Source: Eledone cirrhosa (Eukaryota). From it: DNA of 64,000 bases. The stretch covers positions 311,364,001-311,428,000 of the forward strand of contig OZ024743.1 of assembly GCA_964016885.1 (NCBI GenBank), written 5' to 3'. The position numbers and the translations under genes were made by a program. Below are positions 1-12,956 of the stretch, in pieces. Every line of letters starts with the position of its first letter. Positions within the stretch are counted from its first letter, which is position 1. Under the pieces are notes generated by a model. That model did no database searches and had not been told where the DNA came from. It saw only the letters and a list, made by a program, of their open reading frames with translations.

Positions 1-346
1 TCCTACTCATAGTACGGCTGTTACTTAAATATAAGTATGTACACGTACATACATATATGTATACAGACGTAGAGTATTATGTGTATATATATAAATAGAT
101 GCACACATATATATATGTACGTATGGATTCACCGAACATTTATTATAATGCTCGGTATGTTTGTAAACAAACATCCCGTATTAAGCGGTAGTGTCTAGCA
201 ACCATCGTTGCTCGTTTGTTCAACACTTTCAAAGGAACGCTGTACTAGTTTCAAGCTTATTAGCTATCGTCAGCAACGTATACCTTCCTGCCAGATTGTA
301 CGTCTGTATACATATATGTATGTACGTGTACATACTTATATTTAAG
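1..346 (-). mobile_element. Non-autonomous HHR-bearing (retrozyme-like) element, truncated by the window start, with an inverted segment at 297-346
   Basis: Homologous to 9373-10155. Bases 297-346 are the reverse complement of about 25-72. Contains a HHR at 238-278. Confidence 0.7.
238..278 (-). ncRNA. Minimal type-I hammerhead ribozyme
   Basis: Minus strand reads cgttg-CTGACGA-t-agct aata agct-t-GAAA-ctag-TA-cagcg, giving stem I, core, stem II and a palindromic stem III. Confidence 0.8.
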
Positions 347-3030
347 CACTGCCAAGCCAGGGAATTTTGGAAATTGTCCATCGGTCCCGGGCCAAACGTC
401 CTACCGAACAGACTGGATAATTCGTCTTCTTCCATGCCCAAAGCTTCTCCGAGAGCGTCGTCGCACTTGCTGCGCACCAACCCTCTATAGAATGTCGAGG
501 TGGAGTCTCCACTGATTGCCGGATCCGCTTGCCAGAGGGCCGTGAGCGCCTGGGCACATTCAATGTGCCAGTCGCCCACTTTTGTCGGTTTTTGCTTGAC
601 CCAGGATTGCAGCTCGGTGAGCGAGACGAGTCTCGGAAAGGCTCGCCTCACAAAAGGGGCCCACACCGGTTGACCGGTGAGGAATACCAGGAGGTACCGT
701 AGCCTTAATGCGTGTTTACGCATCGTGAGCCATGGCATCCCCAGCCCTCCGTTTGAAGGGTGTTGACAGCAGATGGATCTTCTCACCTTAGGGGCCCACT
801 TCTTCCAAAGGAATTTGAAGAGCGCGCGCTCCATTTTGGCGAGCGTTTTCGCTGGGCAAGGCACGACGGTCAAGCGGTAGTAGATGACGGACGCTATATA
901 AATATTCGCCATCTCGTTCGACCTTGCAGGGATAGTTTGCACTCGGCCCACTTCTGGGCGAGTGCAAACACCCTGCCCGTTACCTCGTCCCAGTTTTTCT
1001 CCACCTGGAGGTCTGGTCCGAACCAGGCCCCGAGCAGCTTCACCGGTCCCTCCGTCAAGCGTCCGACGACGCCGTCTGAGGGCATCGGTTTGCCTCTCCA
1101 CGTTCCGAGTTGCAAACCGACGGACTTGTCCCGCTTCAGCTTGGCTCCAGTAAGGTGCCGATCTCCCCGATTTGCGAGGCGCTCGACGCCATTACTGTCA
1201 CGTCATCGGTGTAGGCCGACACCGCTTTCCGCAATCCCGGTTCCAAGGGGATGCCCTGTAACAGCTCCAACTTCCGCAGTAGTGGCTCGAGAGCCAACAC
1301 ATATAGAAGGGAGGAGAGAGGGCATCTCTGTCGGATTAATCGCGTGATTTGGAACGGCTCGGATAGGTAGCCGTTCACCTTGACCCTCGAACAGGTGTTG
1401 CTGCTGTGCATTTCAGCAATCTAGCCCCTGAAAACGGGTCCGAAGCTGCCGCCGCGAGCACCGCATCCAGGTACCGATGGTCGACCCTATCGAATGCTTT
1501 AAATTGATCCAAGTTGATCAGGGCCCCACCAAAGCCGGATTCATTCCCTACCCTCTCTACGATGTATCGCATGAGGTGGAAGTTGTCGTGTATGGACCTG
1601 GACGGGATTGCGCATGTCTGCGCTTCTCCCACCAGGTTCCCGACGACAAGCGCCAACACCTTGGCAAAAATCTTTAACACTGTATTTAACAGAGTTATGG
1701 GCCTGAAGTTATCTATGTTATCTATGTTCTCGCCCTTCCTCACTAGCGTGACTACGCCCTTGGTCACAGAACTGGGAATTCTCCCGTTCTGTTGCCAGTT
1801 GCAGTAGACCGCCTCGAGGAGATCGGAGAACAAGTCCGGCATCGCTACATAAAGTTTGTATGGTAGACCATCGAGACCCGGAGATTTGCGTTTGCCACAT
1901 CGGCTCAGCGCTTCCCCTATTTCAGCAGCTGAAATCGGCCTTTCGCAGGACTTCGCCTCCCCGTTTGAGAGCCATGGCAGACCGTCGAGGTATGGACCGA
2001 AATCCATGGTCTCACCCGGCCCGCCGCCCCTCCCGAACAGCCGTGCAAAGTGCCGCTGAAAGGCCTCACACATCCGCTCAAGGATCACACGTCCATCCTG
2101 GTCCTTCAAAGACCGAATCGGGGACTTGTCTCCACTTTTTTCCTCTGTCACTCGGACCCAGTTAACAGCTTTGGCTCCCTCGTTACCCAGAGCACGTATT
2201 TTACTCCTGACAACGCATCCCTCGTGCTTCGCGTCAAAGAACTGGTCTAGGGCCGTTCTTGACGCCAGCACGCCGGCAACGTTGCCACTCCTAATCGCCT
2301 CTTCTACTCTATCTATCAATTCCCTTTCAGTTCTATTCCTATCTAATGCTAATTCCTGACTAAAACCTATCGATTCTATTCTAATTGCTCTCTTGAGAGA
2401 GCCCCACCACCTGCTGTTGACAATTTCCCCCGTCACCCGCTGCTTAACTAAAGTGCTAATCCGTTTACTGTAAGCATTGTTTGTCGGTAAGGACAAGTTT
2501 AGCTTCCAGTAACCGGGTCCCTCTCTATGGGTTCTATCAAGGTTGACTACAGGTCAGTAACTTGTGAACAACCATGAACATTCGTGGACAGCTTAATATG
2601 TCCCTATCTTTATTTTTAACTAGGAAACTATCTAGGTACGACCTAGATGTTCCGCTGCGATTAGTCCACATCTACAATGGCACAGTCGGAAAATCTAGTC
2701 GATATCTATCGGCCAGGTCAAATCGGCCGATAAACCGTTTGAGGCTGTTGCACCCTCTCTATCGGGACATGCCTCTACATAGTCCCAACGTGCATCCAGG
2801 ATACCATTCCAGTCCCCCCACTAAAAGCAAGGAGCGGGACGTTCCCAGAAAAGTCTCTAGACGTTTGAAGAAGTCCGGCCGCGGTGTCCCAGATGGGGCA
2901 TACGCTGCCACCAGCCTGAAGGCTCCACCTTCACTACTGCCGACGTCTAGAACCACCTGTCGACCCTCCGGGTCCAGGTGTACCTTCTGTGTTGCGAGGC
3001 CCAGGTGTTTTCGCAGCAGAACGAAGAGTT
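347..3030 (-). pseudogene. Tx1 ORF2 (APE endonuclease + RT), frameshifted
   Basis: ORF fragments 2759-2956, 1375-2496, 1136-1411, 894-1115 and part of 229-1101 tile an APE-RT protein. Confidence 0.88.
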
Positions 3031-3069
3031 AAAGTGATGGTGAAGAGTTAAAGTGGAGAAAAAGAAAAT

Positions 3070-4790
3070 ACACCTACCTCTCCGTCTCCTGGGGACCAGG
3101 CTGCACAATTGGGGTGTTGGAGGGGTTGTTTGGTGGGGTGGTGGTTTGGGGTGTGGTGGGGTGGGGGTGTTTGGTGGGGTGGGGGTGCCTGGGATGGGGG
3201 TGGGGAAATATTTCAAAAGGACGCGGTTGGAAGGTCTAGTACAGGGGTTCCCCACGACCTCAGAAAAATTTTGTTTGAGCATTGCGTAGGTGTCCCTTGG
3301 GACCCTAATCATTTTTAAATGCGGTTTATTCGCCGCGTTGGTGAACATTTTCCCTTCGGTTTCCACCGAAGGGTCTTTGTCTATTGTTTGTACAAGTGTT
3401 TTGTTGTTTGTGTTGATGTATGTATAATGTTTTTGTGTTGTGTTTGTTTTTGTTTCTTGTTCTTGTGTGTGTTTGCGTTTTGTAGTATGTGTTATGTTTT
3501 CGGGAGAGGTGGTTTTTGTTTGTGATGTTTGTTCTGTTTGTGCTGGTGGTTGTGTGTTTGTTGCATTTTTGTTAATGTGGTGCCTTCTTTTCTTTCTTTT
3601 TACTGGTTGAAAGGGCTCTCCCTCGTCGTCACTGGGTGACTTTGATAAGGGGTCGTCGTCCGTGTTGTTGGGGAGGGATATATTTTTGGGTTTTGTTGTG
3701 GTTGCGGGTACTTTTGTATTTGTTTTAGGTGGGGAGGGGTTGGGTGGGACAGTGTCTTGTGTTGTTGTGGTGGTTGTGGTGGTGTTGGTGGTGGTTGTGT
3801 TGTTGTGTTCGGGGTTGGTAAAAGAGCCTTTTTTGACTCGTTAATTGAGAACAGGCAGCCCTCAGGTGACCCCTGCTTAAGCAGTGGTAAATGTTTATAT
3901 AGGTTAGCCCGTCCAGAGGCACGCGTTGTGGGATTTTAGCTATTCGGGCTTCATTTGAACCAGAACTTCTACGCTAGTCCCACTAAATACACTTCTGGGG
4001 GACTTTCCTACTGAGATTATTCTGTCACCAAAATCAATGAATCCACATAGTATCCAACAAATATTTACATTTGGTGTGATACTCATAATTTTTATTTGTT
4101 GTGTCCTTTTTCCCTTGTATGTGGGGAAAAAGGTGAAATGGGGGGACACAATGGGTGATACAGCGTATTTTGTGCCGTTGGCTGGTCATTCATTAGCACC
4201 CAAATGCTACCAAACAGTTTTCCTCTTTGAAAATGTCCTTCATTGCATCTTTTAGAACCAGCTCAATTTCATTTTGTGATAATTGAGCTGGTTTTCTAGT
4301 TGCGTTTGATATTATCCAGAAAACCACAGTTGTTAGGATAGTCTCTCTCTACGTAATACCTGGGGAGAATTGATGCTAAAAGCACCGTTTTGTCCAAAAG
4401 TTACATATTGTTTTGCATCTTGGAGTAGCTGTTTTGCGTTAGTGATGTCAATTGGAGTGTATAGTTCTGTTTTTTTACAGTTTGTGCGAACGACGTTTTG
4501 GTGTTGTTGTCTTTTTTGTTGCTGTTGTTGTCACTGTTGTTGATGTTGTTCATATTTTCCTTGGTGTTGGTGTTGTTATTGTTGCAGTTGTTGGTTGTGG
4601 TGTTGTTGTCATTGTTCTTGTTGTTGGTGCTGGTATTATTTACCGGGTTTGGTTCCGTGGTTGCAATATTTACAGCGTTTTTCGATAAGGCGAGGGGAGA
4701 AGGCTGCAAGCTTTGTACTCCTACCTTCCCTCCACCACTTTTCTTAGTGGGCGTGGCACTCACTACAGTGTGAGAGGTTCAAATGGCATC
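3070..4790 (-). pseudogene. Tx1 ORF1 (gag-like), degraded
   Basis: Asn-rich N-terminus with SFAQTVKK and a C-terminal VGNP..RP..R.LLK.FP segment paralleling ORF1 at 59628-61538. Multiple stops and frameshifts. Confidence 0.7.
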
Positions 4791-5066
4791 CATTACTAAC
4801 TAACAAGTCAACACAATTTTTTCAGATGAAAATTTCACCCCAAATAGGGGCGAAAATTAGTTAACCCAACGTCTGAAGGCCCAGACGAGGGGTTAAACTA
4901 AACAATAATAACAAATTCAACAATAAACTCACAGTTTTTTTTTTACAATAATCCGTAAACAATCCGGAGCGAAGTAATACACGTCTACCAATCACGAAGA
5001 TAGATAGATGGATAGATGGCTGTATATATATATGTGTGTGTGTATAATATATATATATATATATAT

Positions 5067-5252
5067 AACAAAGGAATTGTCGTAAGGAACCAAATGGACC
5101 ATAACGCACCAGAGTACTCAATACTTAGGGTAGTAGAGTGGGAAATAGGAAAAAGTATGACCCCGACAGCAGAGCTCAAGCCGTTTCGACGGCTATTTCT
5201 TGACAGAAATAGCCGTCGAAACGGCTTGAGCTCTGCCGTCGGGGTCATACTT

Positions 5253-5256
<4 letters not shown>
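5067..5256. mobile_element. PLE terminal remnant with a 108-bp near-perfect palindrome (5149-5256) between TA repeats
   Basis: Inverted arms flank a 4-nt spacer. Shares a TTGAG(T/C)(A/G)CTCT motif with Naiad-associated termini at about 7440 (minus) and 15001 (plus). Confidence 0.5.
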
Positions 5257-5313
<57 letters not shown>

Positions 5314-5539
5314 CGTGTGTGTGTGTGTGTGTATGTATGTATGCGTGTTTGTTTGTTTTCATTGTACTATATTGTTTGGTTTATTGTCTTCCGTTTACCT
5401 TTCGCATGCACATTAATTTCTGCAATATCTTTGGCTTGACAATAAATTTAAAGAAAATGGTAGTTTCGTATCAAACTGTTCAAGTTGTGCAAAAACCTAA
5501 AATATATGTAAAAGGTAATTTTATGGATCTTTAATCCAT

Positions 5540-5870
5540 CGTATACATTGGGAACACTGTGAATAAAGATAGAATATTCGATTCAGAAATATATCTAAGG
5601 ATTCAATAGGCAGCAAAATCTTTTGGAAGTTTAGAGTTTCGGGTTTGGTCACAAAAACATATCAATTAAAAAATTAAAATATGTTTATAAATCCTTCTGA
5701 AATTTGGACGTGTTACAAATATCACTTGAGACTCCTGGACTAATTCCATCAAAAATGCTTACGACATATTCTGAAAATAAAAAGAAATTCATTCACTTCC
5801 GACTCCGATGTTCTAGCTGGTATTTGTTCAATCCAGGCAATAATTTTGAAAAACAAACAGTGGTGATCTG
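5540..5870 (+). pseudogene. Degraded RTE-clade LINE RT fragment
   Basis: Translates to YIG..V.KD....SEI..RI..A..SFG.L..RVW, similar to the start of the RTE fragment at 58368. Confidence 0.5.
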
Positions 5871-5874
5871 GACA

Positions 5875-6140
5875 TACGAGGGGCGACTGAAAAGTTTTGA
5901 ACCTCTAAAAAACGGTTGCATATACAAATATTTTCTTGTTTCATGTTTCAACATAATCTCCCTTTGAGTCTACACACTTCTTCCACCAGTAAGGAAGTGA
6001 CTGGATCCTGCTGAAGTAGAACTCCTTAGTTAGATCCCCCGAGTAGGTGTGGCATAATGTTGTCCCGCCATATCCTTTTCATGTTTGGGAACAGATGGAA
6101 GTCGGGGGGTGCGAAGTCTGGTGTGTATGGTGAACCCAAT
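5875..6140 (-). mobile_element. Mariner transposon fragment (transposase C-terminus plus one TIR)
   Basis: ORF 6026-6232 contains PYTPDFAPPDFHLFPNMK, matching the mariner YSPDLAP motif. TIR-like tacgaggggcgactgaaaagtt at 5875. Confidence 0.75.
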
Positions 6141-6207
6141 AAAATAACGCACACGCACATACACACACATATATATATATATACACACACACATACATAC
6201 ATACATA

Positions 6208-6390
6208 CACGAGGGCAGGCTAAAACGTTCATAGGCTGGCTATGAAGGAGTGAAAATTTGCGTACACTAATTTCAACACTTCTTATTAATAACTGCAGTG
6301 TTTCCCGCCATGGACTATGTTAAAAGATATACCTATTTGGTCATTCCCTGAGAGTATCTTAGTCAACCTATGAATTTTCAGCCTACCCTC

Positions 6391-6393
<3 letters not shown>
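6208..6393. mobile_element. Mariner-type MITE
   Basis: Imperfect TIRs cgagggcaggctaaaacgttcatagg / cctatgaattttcagcctaccctcg, ending in TA. Confidence 0.7.
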
Positions 6394-6436
<43 letters not shown>

Positions 6437-6441
<5 letters not shown>

Positions 6442-7229
6442 CAATAGTGACATAGACAGGTACTCAAGTTTCCTTGGGTTCTGGGCCACAATTTCTTCAG
6501 CCTCTCGTGAGAAAAATGAAAGACAAAGATGACCGCCTATGGTTGGTTGTTTCCCCTATGAGGATATAACAAGAGAGTTCACGCATTTAGAAAAAGTATA
6601 GAAAAAAGGTGTTATTTTTAAAAAAATCCCGCCGAGGTTGACTTTGCCTTTCACCCTTACGGGGTCGATGAAATAAAGTACCAGTAACGCACTGGGTAAT
6701 TGCTGGCCTTGTGCCTAAAGTAGAAACAGTTATTTAAAAAATAGGGTAAGATCTAAGGGAAGTAACTCTTGAAAGACCACAATTAGTTTCGGATAAGGAC
6801 TGCCTAATCATATTCGATTGCTTTGGCGGTTGTCCCCATGTGAAGAAATATATTTTCAATAAATGGCTTAGGCCTGAAGTCCAGAAGTATCTTTTGAGTC
6901 AGACTATATTGTATTTCAATGAAAGGTTATCCCTGCAGTCAACTAGAAGAAATTATTGTGCTTCTATTTCCATTCTGAATTGACTGTGATCTCTCAAGAG
7001 TTACTTCCCTTAGATTTTACCCTATTTTTTAAAATAGCCCCTTTTTTCTATACTTTTTCTAAATTACCTGCACTTGCGTGAATTCTCTTGTTATATCCCC
7101 AAAGGGAAAAGACAATCAACCACAGGCGGCCATCTTTGTCTTTCATTTTTCTTATGACAGGCTGAAGAAATTGGAGCCCAGAACCCAACGAAATTTGAGT
7201 ACCTGTCTATGTCACTGTTGTAATTATTT
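6437..7229. mobile_element. Foldback/MITE-like element with long diverged inverted arms; a SINE fragment is inserted in the left arm
   Basis: 6437-6620 plus 6735-6780 are the reverse complement of about 6985-7229. 6622-6733 matches the SINE seen at 46-48 kb. Confidence 0.7.
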
Positions 7230-7362
7230 ATACTAAACTCATCCTATGGACTGAATGGTCTTGCTCTTGGATATTTCCACTTAACTTTTACTTCACTATA
7301 TATATAAACATAATGAAATTTTATTTATTTTCATTATACTCAATGCAACCAAACAGCCCGCC

Positions 7363-7401
<39 letters not shown>

Positions 7402-7405
<4 letters not shown>

Positions 7406-8356
7406 GTGGAAAACTGGAAGGTAATATCCGTAGTGGTAGAGCACTCAATCCAAGGGACTGGTTCTCTCCTCCCTTCTCACTCAACGTTAAAACCAATGTA
7501 GGAAAAATATTTCTAGCCCTCTTAGATAGACATTTCCCCATAGGTCATAAATACCGCTCCATCTTTAACCGACATAAAGTTAAACTAGGATACTACTGCG
7601 CTAAGAACATGAAGGCCCACTTCACCAGCAGCCCTAGGAGCGACACCCCACCAGGGTGCTCTTGCCGTAAGCCTGAAAGTTGCCCTCTTCAACAACAATG
7701 CAACACACCAGCTGTAATCTATGAAGCTGTGGTCACTTCCAACCGACCAAACGAACCACAGGAGGTCAAATCCTATGTGTGTATGGCGGAGGCCCGATTC
7801 AAGGAGCGTTTCCTGAACCACCAGTCTACCTTCAGATACCCGGACAGACGTTCATCCACGAAACTCGCGAGCCTCGTATGGTCCCTCAAGGACTCAAGTA
7901 TAGGGTACTCCATTCAATGGAAAGCCATCACTAAGTCCAAGCCATACGCAAGGGGAAATCCGACGTGTGGCTTATGTATTGACGAACGAATAACTATCCT
8001 AAACAGATTACGCAATAGTGATTGCCTAAACACGAGGAGTGAATTTTTCACACGTTGTCCACACGTCACCAAACATCTATTGCATAACTACAAGGCTCCG
8101 GACTGATTCTTTGTAATTTTATTTTTTATTTTTTTATTTTATTTTCAACCCCAAAACTTTCCGGACTTTCGCAGTTATCTCCCTTACATCCACCGCACGC
8201 AGTCTAGTATTGCCTGTGTGAAGTGACTGAGTTTCTGAGTATGCGCGTTCGTACGGTTGTCCTTCCTGTTCCTATAACCATACACATCCCGAGCTGAAGA
8301 TCCGCGAAGGTGAAACAATTGTTCTCGGTATGGTGAACTAACTGTTGTGTAACCAC

Positions 8357-8360
<4 letters not shown>
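7402..8360 (+). mobile_element. 5'-truncated Naiad-type Penelope-like element
   Basis: Reading frame from about 7457 gives WFSPPFS..VKTNVGKIFL, a CxC-x5-CP-x4-C knuckle and GIY-YIG (VIYEA..YVCMA..FKERF.NH), with the stop at 8106. HHR in the 3' UTR; ends in TA repeats. Confidence 0.85.
8289..8328 (+). ncRNA. Minimal type-I hammerhead ribozyme
   Basis: ccgag-CTGAAGA-t-cc gcgaa gg-t-GAAA-caattg-TT-ctcgg. Confidence 0.85.
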
Positions 8361-8402
<42 letters not shown>

Positions 8403-8409
8403 ATCTATG

Positions 8410-8463
<54 letters not shown>

Positions 8464-8468
8464 CATAG

Positions 8469-8499
<31 letters not shown>

Positions 8500-8942
8500 G
8501 GTAGTAGACGTGGTCGGACTGACATGAAAATTTACACACCTATGTAAAAAGTGCCAAGGAAGCAAATAGACGAGGTTTCAAATCTCTAACTTGAAAAATG
8601 TGGTTCCTGGGGCCCCAAAACTATCGCGTTCGGTGAGTTATTTCACCCTGTTCTAATACTTTTGTCTTATTTACAATTTCATACAAATAAAGCAGTAAAT
8701 AAAGGATTATGAGTTCATGCAATTGACTTATGTTTCGTCACTATGCAACTAAATCTTACTTTGTGGACAGCTTATCCTTAGCATAATATTCATGCTAGAA
8801 CAGCATATATTTGAAAGTTTTCAGGGAGTTGAATTACTGATTTTGGATCGGCTTTGAAAAAATGAAATGTGGAGTGTTAAACATTTTTTATTATTCCTCC
8901 GGGGATGAATCTTCTCTGCATTTTTCCATCTCTTTCTTTATC

Positions 8943-9183
8943 TCTGGAAGAAATCGGCCGTAGTAAGACCTAAAAAAATGGTTAGATACACCATGACGCA
9001 CCGTACATCACGGTGGAGTTGAAAAGCAGACTCAGAACATGGCGTTGTGTGGGGGTGGCTCGCAGCCCAATGTTCCAGGGAGAGCAAAAGAAGAAGAAGA
9101 AGAAGAAGAAGAAGAAGAAGAAGAAAAAGAAGAAGAAGAAGAAGAAGAAGAGGAAGAGGAAGAAGAAGAAGAAGAAGAAGAAG

Positions 9184-9212
<29 letters not shown>
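8943..9212 (+). mobile_element. Probable LINE (RTE-like) 3' end with a (GAA)n tail
   Basis: Degenerate G.R...RPKK.WLD coding remnant followed by about 125 bp of (GAA)n. Confidence 0.45.
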
Positions 9213-9214
<2 letters not shown>

Positions 9215-9451
9215 GAGCTGGAGTCCTATCAAATATGTAGGTTGTGTCTTAAATTGAAGGTTTAGTAGAAACAATTCATGTATAATTTGTACTTTTCTTT
9301 TTGTCATTCATATATAAATCTACTATATGAATTGGAAGTGGTCGGACGTTGTATATGTAGGTGTAGTTGGCTAAACAAACAAACAGCCTGAATTACGCCG
9401 TACAGTGTTTAGGCAACCACGTCACCTTTTTGTTCAACACTGACACAGGAA

Positions 9452-9492
9452 CGATGTACTAGTTTCAAGCTTATTAGCTATCGTCAGCACCG
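9452..9492 (-). ncRNA. Minimal hammerhead ribozyme (inverted copy)
   Basis: Reverse complement of 9894-9934. Confidence 0.8.
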
Positions 9493-9893
9493 TATTCCTT
9501 TCTGCCAGATGGTTGAACGTCCGAAAGTATATGCTTTCCTTATGAAAATTAACGGCTGAGCACTGTACGGCGTAATTCAGGCTGTTTGTTTACAAACGAA
9601 CAAACCGAGCATTATAATAAATGTTCGGTAAACTGATACGTGCATATATATATGTGTGCCTGTATGTATATATATACATGCCACTGTACGTCTGTATACA
9701 TATATACTTACATTTAAGTAAGTGCCGTACTAAGAGTGAGAAATGAAATTTCGTTTCATTCTATTCCATTTATCGTTTTCGGTGCGCCTGGCCGACTGAT
9801 CTCACTCGATATGCAAATTAGGCTGCTCAGCCGTTAATTTTCATGAGGAAAGTATATACTTTCGGACGTTCAACCATCTGGCAGAAAGGTATA

Positions 9894-9934
9894 CGGTGCT
9901 GACGATAGCTAATAAGCTTGAAACTAGTACATCG
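9894..9934 (+). ncRNA. Minimal type-I hammerhead ribozyme
   Basis: cggtg-CTGACGA-t-agct aata agct-t-GAAA-ctag-TA-catcg. Confidence 0.85.
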
Positions 9935-10150
9935 TTCCTGTGTCAGTGTTGAACAAAAAGGTGACGTGGTTGCCTAAACACTGTACGGCGTAATTCAGGC
10001 TGTTTGTTTGTTTACAAGCGAACAAACCGAGCATTATAATAAATGTTCGGTAAACTGATACGTGCATATATATATGTGTGCCTGTATGTATATATATACA
10101 TGCTACTGTACGTCTGTATACATATATGTATGTACGTATACATAGATACT

Positions 10151-10442
<292 letters not shown>

Positions 10443-10445
<3 letters not shown>

Positions 10446-10885
10446 TATAGATAGGTAAATATACACGGGTGTGTATCATTGTGTATAGAAGATTATATTA
10501 ATAAGAGGAATTCCAACTTTGTCTGATTTAATCGTTTTATTTACAATCCTTTAAAATATATATAATGGTATTATAACGAAATAGTATGATAGAATATTAA
10601 ATTCTAAGTGTTAATTGAACAAGTACTTTCATGCTTTCGCAATCTTCAGGTTCATGATATGTGGTGACAGTCGAGTTTGCAATTTTCACAGTTGAAAATT
10701 GCAAACTCGACCGTCACCACATATTATGAACCTGAAGATTGCGAAAGCATGAAAGTACTTGTTCAATTAACACTTAGAATTTAATATTCTATCATACTAT
10801 TTCATTATAATACCATTATATATATTTTAAAGGATTGTAAATAAAACGAGTAAATCAGACAAAGTTGGAATTCCTCTTATTAATA
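10443..10885. mobile_element. Solo head-to-head pLTR pair of the Neptune-type PLE
   Basis: Arms are near-identical to 23458-23705 and 31180-31373, with the palindrome centre at about 10688. HHRs at 10616-10654 (-) and 10727-10765 (+). Confidence 0.9.
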
Positions 10886-11430
<545 letters not shown>

Positions 11431-11434
<4 letters not shown>

Positions 11435-12060
11435 GTGTCACCTATGTACACTATATTCTTATCTCTACATTGTCCTTCAGTATATCTTATGCTATATACT
11501 ACATTTCTACTACTAGTATAGCAGAACGGATAAATGAACACTCGCGAGAGCTTCAAGATAGTAAAGAATCATCTATACTCTACCAACATGCTAAAATAGA
11601 ACATAAGGGTAAATTAAAGAACATAGAAATAAAACTAGAATCTACACACAGAAAAGACACAATGTTTAGACAAATCACAGAGGCAATAAACATAAATGAA
11701 CTCCAACCAAAATTAAATAGAAAACATGAATGGAATAGCAACATCACAACTTACAATTAAGGACAAAATGAAAACACACACACACATAGAACAAGTGTGT
11801 ATTTCTAGTAGATATAGCACGTGTTACTGGCCAGTCGCTGATTTGAACCTGAAGTGTAAACACGGATCGCTGGAACTTCTTCCTTGTTGAAAATCCAAGT
11901 ATCCACTTCCGTGGTTTACCATCCGATTAATTGGTGAAATATATTGCTTTAATGGAATATTTACAGGGAAGATTAATCATATTATAAGGTATCTAATTTT
12001 TAAGTTATGGTCAACTTTATGTAGTTACCTAACTAGCTATGTGTGGTTACACACTTGTAA
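11431..12060 (+). mobile_element. PLE 3' fragment (GIY-YIG C-terminus and 3' UTR) with an inverted 5' piece
   Basis: Plus strand gives SIAERINEH...[19 protein letters not shown]. Minus strand 11431-11515 gives [11 protein letters not shown]...YIGDT. Homologous to the C-terminus of the 33025-35563 ORF. Confidence 0.85.
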
Positions 12061-12125
12061 AAATTATATATATATACATATATATACATATACACACATA
12101 TATACATATATAAATATATATATAC

Positions 12126-12882
<757 letters not shown>

Positions 12883-12885
12883 ATA

Positions 12886-12956
<71 letters not shown>

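Larger units (their letters stand above)
347..4985 (-). mobile_element. Tx1/L1-group non-LTR retrotransposon, decayed, 3' part cut off at 347
   Basis: Frameshifted ORF2 pieces (KSPGLDGLPY, NFRPITLLN, DQFKAFDRVDH, SAYTDD) closely match the intact copy at 59419-64000. An Asn-rich ORF1 remnant and a 5' UTR lie upstream. Confidence 0.9.

Noticed and set aside
9013-9307. Poly-K/E/R/S ORFs
   Set aside because: Translations of the (GAA)n tract.
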